Under the pieces are notes generated by a model. It ran no database searches, had not been told where the DNA came from, and saw only the letters and a list, made by a program, of their open reading frames with translations. Both the position numbers and the translations under genes were made by a program. Below are positions 36,581 through 46,997 of a stretch of 64,000 nt of DNA, piece after piece. Position 1 is the first letter of the stretch. Each line of letters begins with the position of its first letter. The stretch lies in the sequence record OR493421.1; one strand, given 5' to 3'.

Positions 36581-36924
36581 TACTTGTCCTCCAAAATATG
36601 ACATTTCATGTCGGTATAACTGCTAGAGCTGTCCGGGCGAAACGTATTCTTTTCTTTACTGAAATAGAAATCACTTCCATCTTTATAAAGAATAGACAGC
36701 CCGGCGGTGAGCGTATCGGAACCTTTTACCATTTCGTAGGTGTCACCACGGTATTCAATCCGATCCGAATACTTTAAGATCTGGACCGTTTCTTTACTTC
36801 CCGCCAACTTATATGTGCAATCGTAGGTAACGAGTTCGCTCGCGTCTTTCTTTTGTTGACGTTCCGCCGCGGCACCGAGAAGAACAATAACAACGACAAT
36901 AAAAATAAGTGTTTTCTTTAACAT
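36580..36924 (-). CDS. membrane-anchored/secreted protein
   Basis: N-terminal hydrophobic segment, Cys pair. Confidence 0.75.
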   Translation of the reverse strand: MLKKTLIFIVVVIVLLGAAAERQQKKDASELVTYDCTYKLAGSKETVQILKYSDRIEYRGDTYEMVKGSDTLTAGLSILYKDGSDFYFSKEKNTFRPDSSSSYTDMKCHILEDK

Positions 36925-36975
36925 GATGTTTTCCCTAAAAATAACCGTTGGATTTACAAAGAGATGTTAAAGGTT

Positions 36976-37539
36976 TTATTTTATCTGCGTGTTGATTTCA
37001 CCAGAGGAAACTTTCTCTTTAAACTCACTCGCGGATTTTAGAAATTCTTCTTTGGGGTTTTCACATTCCAAAAAGCGTGAGGCGATGAGACGTATGATGT
37101 TCATGTTACGGGCCAGGTCGATACCTTCTCCTCTCGAACCCCAGAGAGTTCCCAACCCCATCTCGTCAGCCAATGCCTGCAGACTATAAAAACCCAACTT
37201 ATTTGGATCTTTAATGGAAAAGATGTAATCCAGATCGGATTCCCTAACCTTTTTCTCTTCCTCCTCCTTTTCCCACCGTTCTAAGAGATCGCCTCTCCCC
37301 ACCTCAATCAGAATGAGTTGGTCCTGTTGATACCAGGCGACACTTCCCCTCCCTTCCAACCAAAGAGAATAGCCGATATCAGACTCATTTTTAAACTCTT
37401 TTGATTTATCTTTATCGCCGTAACGATCATTGTAACTGTATTGAACGATAGCTCGACACCCACTTTCAAAATGGGACATGTACGGACCGAGGTCTTCTTT
37501 TATAAAAACCAAATCGCCTTGATGAAATTTCTGTTTCAT
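36976..37539 (-). CDS. hypothetical phage protein
   Basis: start moved to ATG 37539 (GAGGAA RBS); MSHF..GC.AIV.YSY motif. Confidence 0.75.
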   Translation of the reverse strand: MKQKFHQGDLVFIKEDLGPYMSHFESGCRAIVQYSYNDRYGDKDKSKEFKNESDIGYSLWLEGRGSVAWYQQDQLILIEVGRGDLLERWEKEEEEKKVRESDLDYIFSIKDPNKLGFYSLQALADEMGLGTLWGSRGEGIDLARNMNIIRLIASRFLECENPKEEFLKSASEFKEKVSSGEINTQIK

Positions 37540-37549
37540 GTTTATTCCT

Positions 37550-38020
37550 CTAACTGATTTCGATTCCGGGTCTTTTGGCATCTCTTAAAGCTCGTTCAGA
37601 CCAATAGACCAGCCAGGTTAAAATATGCAAATAAACTTTTACTGTATCTGAAGTTATCTCGTCCTGTATCTTTATATCCGGATACTTGGCCTGATAACTA
37701 TTCAGAGCATTCTTAAAAGATCTAAGCGTGTTGTCTGATAACCACTTCACTCCTGGATACCCATAAAGTTCTACGTGGTTCTCAGATCCATCACCATTGA
37801 CATAAACACAAAAGAAGATATCCAATATACCCACTTCCCGACAGAAATTCTCCAAAAAACTATAATTGTAATCTAGCCGGTTGGACTCCCATATTCCTAA
37901 ACTAAACGGAACTTCGTCATCTCGTTCAATGACCTCAACGACGATATTCATTTCGTCGTCTAAGTCATCCTGATCACGCGGTGAGATCTCCGCATGACCT
38001 ATACAAATATTGACGGTCAT
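37550..38020 (-). CDS. hypothetical protein
   Basis: 156 aa; WLVYWSERAL C-terminal motif. Confidence 0.7.
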   Translation of the reverse strand: MTVNICIGHAEISPRDQDDLDDEMNIVVEVIERDDEVPFSLGIWESNRLDYNYSFLENFCREVGILDIFFCVYVNGDGSENHVELYGYPGVKWLSDNTLRSFKNALNSYQAKYPDIKIQDEITSDTVKVYLHILTWLVYWSERALRDAKRPGIEIS

Positions 38021-39385
<1,365 letters not shown>

Positions 39386-39393
<8 letters not shown>

Positions 39394-40024
39394 TTGTTTT
39401 ATCCTTGGATACCACCCAACGGGTTCCGCTAGGGGCGAAGAAACAACGAAATAATTGGAAACAATATTCGTTCGTTCTTTCCTCCACATGGATCCAAACG
39501 TGCGGGAGGAAGCAGATTTCTTTAGGGTTGATTTTCATTACCGACATTCCCAAATTTTTGCCTTCCACATGAGCCTGAGTTAGGAAAAGAGAAGGTTTGT
39601 CCGCCATAATCGACTTATAGATCTTCGTCCTGTTTTTCTCACATTCCTTCATGTAATCAGGTAGGGTATCAGAAGCGTTCTCACGCGTCACCCCTTCTGG
39701 TTTTGTCGGGGGGACAAAATAACAAACCTCTTTGAATTCCCCTTCGGTTTCAATAAAAACATTCGGGGAACTAAGAGATTTGGAATACCCCTCACTGTTT
39801 TCTTTAAAGAGAACGCATAAAGCGGTTTTTAACAGATCAAGATTATCTGCCGTAATGAGTAATTTAAATTGAGGTGTTTGTCGCAAATATTCGTTAATGA
39901 ATTCAACGACAGAATCTTTACCCGCTTCTAGTATCTTTTTAGTATCGGGTATTTTTCTCTTAGGAGTAATGTCCGTTGCTAACTCAAAAACATTTTTCAT
40001 TACCGTTAACTTTTCCATGATCAT
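39386..40024 (-). CDS. hypothetical protein
   Basis: 212-aa ORF. Confidence 0.75.
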
Positions 40025-40027
40025 CGC

Positions 40028-40282
40028 CTATTTGTTGGGCCAAGTAAACCATTCTCCATGGGCGTACTTAGCGTTGAGTATTTCGATCTTTCCAGACCGC
40101 CCATCTAAATTACCGAAGGTATCTATCCCCGTTCCGTCGGTACTGCGCAGGCTAGAATTAAGCCCTTTGGGAACCTCAGGTTTCGGTAGCAATACCGCCG
40201 TAGTAGGAATAAGAGGTTCTTTCTTATCCTTGGGAATGTCGTTATTCTTTAGGAACTGACGATACGTCACTGGCTTGGCCAC
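40028..40282 (-). CDS. hypothetical protein
   Basis: 84 aa, GTG start with GGAG RBS. Confidence 0.65.
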   Translation of the reverse strand: MAKPVTYRQFLKNNDIPKDKKEPLIPTTAVLLPKPEVPKGLNSSLRSTDGTGIDTFGNLDGRSGKIEILNAKYAHGEWFTWPNK

Positions 40283-40706
40283 GAAGATGTTCTCCTTCTA
40301 TCTCTCGAGCAGTTAATCTGCAACTTATCGATGGGTTAAAGAGTTGTCCGAATGCCTCACGGCAGATTTCATTGAATCGTTCTTTATCTGACTCGGAAAA
40401 TCCTTCCGTGAGGCGAGGACGAAAAGCCTGAATGTTTCTCTCGGCCGAAGAGTTCGGTAAGGTATAAATAAATTCCCGCTTCATTGTCGGTTTGGCCGAA
40501 GTGGGTGTCAGACGTTTGCTGACCTCAGCTATATTCAGAGTTCCGTCGTCGTTTATTACGTCTTTCATAATACGACTAATACGAGTATTCTCTACTCGCC
40601 ACTGGTAGTGTCTGCGACCCTTATTAGGATGCGGTATTAAACGACGAAGTGCTTTCTTTTCTTTACGAGTGATTTTAACACCCGGTTTCCAAATAGATTT
40701 AGCCAT
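40242..40706 (-). CDS. basic hypothetical protein (tandem family)
   Basis: TRKEKK...KGRRHYQ. Confidence 0.7.
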   Translation of the reverse strand: MAKSIWKPGVKITRKEKKALRRLIPHPNKGRRHYQWRVENTRISRIMKDVINDDGTLNIAEVSKRLTPTSAKPTMKREFIYTLPNSSAERNIQAFRPRLTEGFSESDKERFNEICREAFGQLFNPSISCRLTAREIEGEHLRGQASDVSSVPKE

Positions 40707-40724
40707 GTTAGAATCCGTTAGTGG

Positions 40725-40958
40725 TTAAAGAGTGGTAGAAAGGAATTTCCTAAAATTACGAGTGTAGAATTCACCTACTGGGAATCCTAGGGGGTTACCG
40801 AAAACATCTTCAAAAATTGCTTCAATTTCTATCAATTGCTGAATGCCTTTACGACCTCTCAGTTTAGGCCCTGTGAAAAGATCAGCTCTCCTCTTATCCA
40901 GCTTTTTCTTCTCGAGTCTGCTCTTATAAGGACTCGACGATAACCCTCGTTTAGTCAC
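40725..40958 (-). CDS. basic hypothetical protein (tandem family)
   Basis: SRLEKK...FTGPKLRGRKGIQ. Confidence 0.7.
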   Translation of the reverse strand: MTKRGLSSSPYKSRLEKKKLDKRRADLFTGPKLRGRKGIQQLIEIEAIFEDVFGNPLGFPVGEFYTRNFRKFLSTTL

Positions 40959-41337
40959 GATGTACCTCTACTGTCACGTCCACTACGTGTTTCAGTTTAT
41001 AAGAACGATAAACCAAACCGTTATTGTTTTCATTCCAACACTGTTTCCAGGCTTCTTCCATCTTAGCTTCTACTTCCTCTAAAGCAAGACGTACGCTAGT
41101 GGCTCTCAGTTTATCTTCCCATACACCAGGATCAACACTAAAGTATTTACTAAACGCGGCATCCCAGGTCTCTTTAGAGAAACCAGGCGGGATTCCTACT
41201 TCTCTAGTGAAAACGCTTTGTCTGGCGATATTCTGATATTTCTTTCTACCTCGTAACGGACTTCCTTCGAAGAACTTGAAGACTTTCTTCTCTAACCGAG
41301 TCATGTGTTGTCCGGAGAGTAATTTACGCTTTTTCAT
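40951..41337 (-). CDS. basic hypothetical protein (tandem family)
   Basis: TRLEKK...FEGSPLRGRKKYQ; start moved to ATG 41337 (GAGGAG RBS). Confidence 0.7.
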   Translation of the reverse strand: MKKRKLLSGQHMTRLEKKVFKFFEGSPLRGRKKYQNIARQSVFTREVGIPPGFSKETWDAAFSKYFSVDPGVWEDKLRATSVRLALEEVEAKMEEAWKQCWNENNNGLVYRSYKLKHVVDVTVEVHRD

Positions 41338-41536
41338 TATTATACTCCTCAACTATTACATCTTCTTCCAGAATCTCGACTTCCGGTCTTTCTCCAAAAG
41401 AGGGTTGTGCGTTGGCGACTCTCATCGCTTCGATTGTAGCCGAAAACGATTCGTCTAACACACGCGCCATCTCGTCTTTCATCAAAACCAAGGACGTTAC
41501 AGCCCGCTTAACTTTAATACGGTCGCCCTTACTCAT
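41324..41536 (-). CDS. hypothetical protein
   Basis: 70-aa ORF. Confidence 0.6.
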   Translation of the reverse strand: MSKGDRIKVKRAVTSLVLMKDEMARVLDESFSATIEAMRVANAQPSFGERPEVEILEEDVIVEEYNNEKA

Positions 41537-42080
41537 AGACCCGCTCCCATTCGTCTCCGGTCATTTGATCCTTTAAGGCGTAGTTAACGTACCCAGGCTT
41601 ATCGCTTTTACTAAAGCGGAGTTTCACTTTAGGTTTCAGTTGGTCCGGTCCAACGATCCTTAACCCGTTATGGAGTAATCCCTCCACCCGCATACTCGAG
41701 GACAACCCCACCGTACAGCTGTTATACTTGAGCAGTCCTTTATAGGTATGCGGTCTTTGTGTAAAACGTTTTACGTAATCGTTGTCATTAAACAAAGAAG
41801 GGATCTCTTTATTATCCACTTTCTTGAATAACTTCGCCAATCGGATATCGGTATTGAATCTCACAACTAAGCTGATCAGAATATCGTTAATACCAAAACC
41901 AGGTGAGCTAAGATTAATGCGTTTTACTGCATCGATAATTTCATCAGTAGAGGAGTTCATATATCGCCCCCACCCTGTATCAATTGAATAGAATCGGTCA
42001 TTTGCATTTTTAATCCAAGAGCAATTAGGTGTCCTTAAATCCTTTGTCTTTAGACCATTTTCAGAAACAAAGAATCCCAT
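41529..42080 (-). CDS. hypothetical protein
   Basis: 183-aa ORF. Confidence 0.7.
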   Translation of the reverse strand: MGFFVSENGLKTKDLRTPNCSWIKNANDRFYSIDTGWGRYMNSSTDEIIDAVKRINLSSPGFGINDILISLVVRFNTDIRLAKLFKKVDNKEIPSLFNDNDYVKRFTQRPHTYKGLLKYNSCTVGLSSSMRVEGLLHNGLRIVGPDQLKPKVKLRFSKSDKPGYVNYALKDQMTGDEWERVYE

Positions 42081-42484
42081 TACATCCCCTCCTCTAATAA
42101 GAATTCAAATTCCCCTAAGAATTCATCGGTAAATTTCCGATGCATATCGCTGAGACTAACATCTTCGGTCATATAGAGAATCTTACCGTACTCGAAAACA
42201 AATTTGACGGCATTATTTTCGATATAAAGAAACAGTTCTTTTTTACCCTCTTCCGTCTCACCTTCTAACGTGATCGTTTCGGTTAAACATCCGCCTAAAA
42301 CATCTTGTTCGTAATCGGCTTCCCAATTACCCCTACCTATAACAGAAAAGATGCCATTTTCGTTAATTTGGTATTTGACGTTAAGGCAATCCATTTCCGT
42401 GGTTTGGTAGTGTTCGTCAGGGAGGAGGTTGGGGATCCCGACTTTATTATCCCTGGCAACGTAAACATAATCGATCATACCCAT
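42080..42484 (-). CDS. conserved phage hypothetical protein
   Basis: MGMIDYV...YQT..MDC motif. Confidence 0.75.
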   Translation of the reverse strand: MGMIDYVYVARDNKVGIPNLLPDEHYQTTEMDCLNVKYQINENGIFSVIGRGNWEADYEQDVLGGCLTETITLEGETEEGKKELFLYIENNAVKFVFEYGKILYMTEDVSLSDMHRKFTDEFLGEFEFLLEEGM

Positions 42485-42496
42485 TGATATTGACTC

Positions 42497-42685
42497 CTAA
42501 AATTTGTGATAGTGAAATACCTCTTCCGCTTCTTTAGCCCAGAGAGGCGCATCTGATTTACGTTTCACTTCTTGTTGGTGAACATGACCGCATAGTTTAC
42601 ACGTTCGTTTAAAACAATGAAAGAAACCCAACTCCTTCTTTAAGAATTCGTAAGTTGGTTTTTCAAAATCGTGATTACATTTCAT
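42497..42685 (-). CDS. small zinc-ribbon-like protein
   Basis: CNHDF...CKLCGH. Confidence 0.7.
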   Translation of the reverse strand: MKCNHDFEKPTYEFLKKELGFFHCFKRTCKLCGHVHQQEVKRKSDAPLWAKEAEEVFHYHKF

Positions 42686-42700
42686 TGATTACTCCGAAAA

Positions 42701-42714
42701 GATAATGTAGAACT
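42701..42714 (-). promoter_or_regulatory. putative early promoter motif
   Basis: AGTTCTACATTATC on minus strand, 11/14 identical to 34145-34158. Confidence 0.4.
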
Positions 42715-42736
42715 GAAAATAGATAAAGCCATCCAA

Positions 42737-43660
42737 CTAACCGATTGGTCTGATAGCAGGGATGTTGTGTTGGGCTTCCCTGACGATGGCTTTTAAGTTA
42801 TTCGCACTACAAATGGTGTAGAAGTCTTTATTGGTAAAGGGGAGAGGGTGCCATCGAGAGTCTCGATAAACTAATTCGATTAAAGCGTCGTAATTAGGAG
42901 AGAGATTGAAATCTTTCCCTAAGAGTTTCTTTCCGGCGTATCGCCCTATGCGGGAGATCTGAGCTGCTGAAAACACATAACTGTCTTTAATAGGTATATT
43001 CGCATTGATCCATTCTTTCCTTTTAGCTTTCCAAGGCGTTCTGACCAAGTCACCGTCTCCGTTATAATACTCGGAACCGTTAGGAACGACTAAAGTTTTA
43101 AGTTCTTCAGGTAAGCTCAGATAAACATCCGATTTAGTCATTTCCCAGAAGGGGGCTCTAAAAGGCTTACACGTTCTATCTATATTAGATAACGTCCCTA
43201 GTGTCACGGGTAATTTTAATAGTTCCTTATACTCCTCTGCCGAGAAATCGTATTCGTTAAAAGAAAATTCATTGCCATCCTCCTTTAACCAACCAATCCA
43301 GACACCTGGATTACAATCCCAAAATTTAGATCGAAGAAGACTAATGTTGTAAACCAATTGAAATTGTTGGGTCACTCCATAATTAGCCGGAGTGTTTTCT
43401 ATTTTGTTGTTGTTATGGAGATGAAAGAAAACCGGATTGATCATATACGTTAAGGGTCTTAATCTCCCGACGTAACCACCTTTATGTTCTTCAAACCAAT
43501 TCACTATATGTTCGGCTGCGGTTAAATCAAATACTGATGATCTGGGATCGCCGTTGACGGCAACGTATACAGGATGAACTTCGTTGTCACCTTGTAAGGC
43601 TTTATGGAGTAAAGCAGTGGATTCCACCCCACCGCTAACTGGAACGATAATGATAGGCAT
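42737..43660 (-). CDS. QueC-like PP-loop ATPase
   Basis: VPVSGGVESTALL PP-loop, IGW..ED and APFWEMTKSDV; QueC zinc Cys cluster absent. Confidence 0.7.
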   Translation of the reverse strand: MPIIIVPVSGGVESTALLHKALQGDNEVHPVYVAVNGDPRSSVFDLTAAEHIVNWFEEHKGGYVGRLRPLTYMINPVFFHLHNNNKIENTPANYGVTQQFQLVYNISLLRSKFWDCNPGVWIGWLKEDGNEFSFNEYDFSAEEYKELLKLPVTLGTLSNIDRTCKPFRAPFWEMTKSDVYLSLPEELKTLVVPNGSEYYNGDGDLVRTPWKAKRKEWINANIPIKDSYVFSAAQISRIGRYAGKKLLGKDFNLSPNYDALIELVYRDSRWHPLPFTNKDFYTICSANNLKAIVREAQHNIPAIRPIG

Positions 43661-43692
43661 AACTGTCCTTAATTATTTTTATAAACTGTGTT

Positions 43693-44037
43693 TTATTCTT
43701 TCGGGGATACATCAAACCAGATGAAACCACCAGGACATTTCCATAAGTACTTCGTGGTTTCTATGGGTGTAATAATGGGGACGTTGTTAACGATCACGGC
43801 CGTATAAACAGTTGATGTTTTGGTCTGATTTGCATACTCACAATTACGGGAGCTAACGTAGCTTATTTGACTTTTAAGATCCTCTATGAGAAAAGATCCA
43901 GAAATAGGCGCCACGAGAGTAATGGCCGTTAAGAAGACAAACCAAGCTTTGCTCTCATTCAGTATTTCATACCCCATCTTCCAGAAGAAAAGACCATAAA
44001 ACAGTATGAACGCTAGCCAAAGATAAACGTGGTACAT
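43693..44037 (-). CDS. membrane protein
   Basis: two N-terminal TM helices and a Cys-bridged tail. Confidence 0.7.
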   Translation of the reverse strand: MYHVYLWLAFILFYGLFFWKMGYEILNESKAWFVFLTAITLVAPISGSFLIEDLKSQISYVSSRNCEYANQTKTSTVYTAVIVNNVPIITPIETTKYLWKCPGGFIWFDVSPKE

Positions 44038-44054
44038 GATTGCAATTCCTTTAT

Positions 44055-44085
44055 TAAGTAGGAGAGGTTTCCCCTCTCCTACTTA
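44055..44085 (-). terminator. long-stem hairpin (AGTAGGAG family)
   Basis: TAAGTAGGAGAGG-TTTCC-CCTCTCCTACTTA. Confidence 0.8.
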
Positions 44086-44088
44086 GAT

Positions 44089-44415
44089 TTATTTTTTAGA
44101 TTGAGCGATGTTGTGAAGCAACGATCCTAACATGATACAACTGAGCAATCCCAAGATCGTCATCATCAACGCAACAAGAAAAGGTAACGGAGATGATAGA
44201 ATGACCAGCCACGCAATCCAAACTAAAACATAGCACGTCATCTTAAACTTAATCAGTTTAAGGCTAAGTTTGGATTTTCCTGGAATTACAGCGACGACCC
44301 AGAAAGGAACATAACTTTTAAGTCCAATCGCTCTTTTCGTGTAGTAATCGTCAAAGACACTAAAAACCATCAAACAAACCGTCAATCCTACGACGAAGAA
44401 GAGATGGTAGTTCAT
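44089..44415 (-). CDS. membrane protein (3 TM)
   Basis: hydrophobic segments. Confidence 0.7.
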   Translation of the reverse strand: MNYHLFFVVGLTVCLMVFSVFDDYYTKRAIGLKSYVPFWVVAVIPGKSKLSLKLIKFKMTCYVLVWIAWLVILSSPLPFLVALMMTILGLLSCIMLGSLLHNIAQSKK

Positions 44416-44687
44416 TTCGCCAACGCGTCTTTGATTTTGACAACGATCCAGTTCTCGTTGCGCAGATCACCCTGAGACGGTACCCAACCAGGTTGCAGCT
44501 CACCCTTGGCGTTATGCAACACGTAAACCGGTTTTAGTTTAACCGGGCCGGGAAAGCCCTGCTTGCGTGCTTCAACGAGAGACATGGTCAAAGAGGCATC
44601 AAAAACAAATTGATTAGCGCCATTCCAATCGGTGCACTGAATCCCGTAACCGGGTTTGAGTTTTGCAACAGCAGAAGTAAATTTCAT
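44412..44687 (-). CDS. tad2: DUF2829 / Tad2-like anti-defence sponge protein
   Basis: MKF..A...LK.G.....WNG...F and WVPSQGDL..ENW motifs. Confidence 0.75.
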   Translation of the reverse strand: MKFTSAVAKLKPGYGIQCTDWNGANQFVFDASLTMSLVEARKQGFPGPVKLKPVYVLHNAKGELQPGWVPSQGDLRNENWIVVKIKDALAK

Positions 44688-44722
44688 AATAAAACCTCAA
44701 TAATGTGGATTAATATCATGTT

Positions 44723-44732
44723 GAATTTTATG
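44723..44732 (+). promoter_or_regulatory. putative late promoter (TATG type)
   Basis: GAATTTTATG on plus strand about 70 nt before the plus-strand tailspike; same 10-mer at 62499-62508 on minus strand. Confidence 0.5.
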
Positions 44733-44800
44733 ACCCAAGTTCATTAGGAGTCATACATAGTAATATGCGTGACCGTTAATTTTTATAGTCGGAGGGAGAG

Positions 44801-46810
44801 ATGACGACTCCAACACAAAATGGTATACCCAGTAGCACCGCTATAGATGCTAGGTTTAACGCCGAGAAGTTAGATGAGATCGTTAATTCTGATAATGAAA
44901 CCTATAGTGACCGATTTGGAAATAGTAGGTTTACATTAAAGGGGTTAGCAACCCAGGTACAAGGATTTTTTGATAAAGTGCTTGGATCTGACGGAGCCGA
45001 CTATATCCCGTTAAAACAGGGAGGGAAAGTTGGCGACGCGATTGTTTCGGTTCACGTCGATTCATTTGGGGCGGATCCGTCAGGGCTAACTGACTCCACC
45101 CAAGCGGTAAAGTCCGCCCTGGCTGCAATTTCTACCGTCACCGGTAGCCCGATGAATGGTTCGGTTGATACTACTTACGCCTCTCTAGTTTTCGGAAACG
45201 GGAAATATGTAGTTGGCGATATCCCGCTATATTCCGGAATTTGGTATAAGGGGCAGGGCGCGTTTGAGACAATACTCATACCTAAAGCTGGATCAGAATT
45301 TGTCTTCACAACCGTGGGTACCAAGCCTTATGAAACCTACAGTATTTCATACAGGTTGTTCAGAACTATTATATCGGATCTTCATATAGGCTGCGGTTAT
45401 CAGAATGTGCTAAGTGGCGTCACTATCCCTACCGGTGTAGGAGGGATAAGGATTTATCATGCGTCTTACGTCACCATTGAAAACGTATATCTGCGTCATT
45501 TAGACGGGATGGGTTTTGATTTTGGATCTCTGTGGGACTCCGAAACATTTGGGTTAAGGGCGATGTACGTGGGGAACTGCCGTGATTCGTCTAACCCGGC
45601 CTGGGCTTTCAGACTGTGGGCGGCTGACGCGGCAACGGACGGTTCTAACGCGAATAGATTTTGGTCAACTCACATTGAGGGATGTCCCGCGGACATATGC
45701 GTCGACTTAAGATCCAGACACAATTTCTTTTTCGGCGGGAAAATAGAAAAAATCCGTTACAACGATGCAAATGCTTTCTGTTCTAGTGTTATAAGGGGTG
45801 CCGACAGCCTTGTTTTTTGCGATTTTGAACTTACTTCAGTAAACGTCATTCACTTTATGTTTGAAATTGTGGGTACGACAACGGTAATCGATACGAGCGC
45901 GGACGATGTTTCTGATCCAAACTGCGATCATTCTAGAGGCGTCGTGTTCATGAACCCACACATAATAGACAGTAATGCGTTGTCGGGGGACTATTTTAAA
46001 ACCAAATCTGATAGAGGTAGGATTAAGATTATCGGGGGGTACGCCAGGCACGCCAGGTATTTAATAAGTGGATCTGACGTAAAAATTTCTGATATGGATT
46101 TGACCCAATGCGGACCCACCATTGGCCTATTACAGGGGAATACGGTGTTGCAGGGCGTCACCATAGGTAGAAGCCGTGTCCCTACATCCGGGAGCTTCTC
46201 GGTATTTACAGTTACTGGTAACTCCAACAAAATACGTTTTTGTGAGTTCGGAACCGTTTACGGATCAGCCACTAATAATGGGTCGTGGATAACTGTGAAC
46301 TCTTCAACCGAATTGCAAATAAACGATCTTGAGTTTAGCGGTAGTATGCAAAACGGAATCAGCGGTTCTAACGCAACTCAGCAAAGAAAATTCAGAAATG
46401 TGAGACTTGCTTCCGGCGCTACGTACGGTTCGCTTATTAATGGCGGTTACCCTTACGACGGACTTCCAACCAAAATCATTACTGATACAGGATACGCCGT
46501 TTCTAACAGAATAACTGTTCCTGTTGACGGGACTGTTGCATCGCCAGCAACAGTCGGAGGAGCTTCGTCTATTCTGGTTAGAGTGGAAAATGCGTCATCT
46601 GTGGCGATCGCCTCAGGTAGAATATTTGGTGATGCGTCATTCGCGACCTTGAAAATAGAATCCGACATCCAGGGTAATTTATCTGTTACTGGAGTGGGGG
46701 TTAGTGGAGATGGTAAAATTTATTTGTCTCAATCCAATGGCGCGCTTTCCATAACTAATAGGACATCCGGTACCATTACAGTGTACATCCTCACCATAAA
46801 CGCAAAATAA
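44801..46810 (+). CDS. tailspike / capsule depolymerase TSP1 (pectate-lyase-3-like beta-helix)
   Basis: shared N-anchor (MTTPTQNGIPS...FNAEKLDEIVNSD..YSDRFG..RFTL.G); VDSFGADPSG.TDST.A...A and FGNGKY beta-helix entry motifs. Confidence 0.9.
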   Translation: MTTPTQNGIPSSTAIDARFNAEKLDEIVNSDNETYSDRFGNSRFTLKGLATQVQGFFDKVLGSDGADYIPLKQGGKVGDAIVSVHVDSFGADPSGLTDSTQAVKSALAAISTVTGSPMNGSVDTTYASLVFGNGKYVVGDIPLYSGIWYKGQGAFETILIPKAGSEFVFTTVGTKPYETYSISYRLFRTIISDLHIGCGYQNVLSGVTIPTGVGGIRIYHASYVTIENVYLRHLDGMGFDFGSLWDSETFGLRAMYVGNCRDSSNPAWAFRLWAADAATDGSNANRFWSTHIEGCPADICVDLRSRHNFFFGGKIEKIRYNDANAFCSSVIRGADSLVFCDFELTSVNVIHFMFEIVGTTTVIDTSADDVSDPNCDHSRGVVFMNPHIIDSNALSGDYFKTKSDRGRIKIIGGYARHARYLISGSDVKISDMDLTQCGPTIGLLQGNTVLQGVTIGRSRVPTSGSFSVFTVTGNSNKIRFCEFGTVYGSATNNGSWITVNSSTELQINDLEFSGSMQNGISGSNATQQRKFRNVRLASGATYGSLINGGYPYDGLPTKIITDTGYAVSNRITVPVDGTVASPATVGGASSILVRVENASSVAIASGRIFGDASFATLKIESDIQGNLSVTGVGVSGDGKIYLSQSNGALSITNRTSGTITVYILTINAK

Positions 46811-46868
46811 TAAACGACGCCTTATCAGTAGGGAAATAGTGGGAGGTGTGTATTTTTAACTACTCCCG

Positions 46869-46920
46869 CCCCACCCCAATTTTAACCTGAAGTGAGGAAA
46901 GGCAGATGACATCTTTTTAA
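46869..46920 (+). pseudogene. relic tailspike leader plus decapitated start (ATG ACA TCT TTT TAA)
   Basis: CCCCACCCCAATTTTAACCTGA is 22/23 identical to the reverse complement of 55819-55841; GAGGAA RBS and ATGACATC as in the TSP4/TSP6 starts. Confidence 0.6.
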
Positions 46921-46951
46921 AATTATCGGGATGTTTTTGAGATAGCGTGAT

Positions 46952-46987
46952 TATACTCTCCCTGACTATATAGTCAGGGAGAGTATA
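46952..46987. terminator. 36-bp perfect palindrome between convergent genes
   Basis: TATACTCTCCCTGACTATATAGTCAGGGAGAGTATA. Confidence 0.75.
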
Positions 46988-46997
46988 GCGGCAGCTT

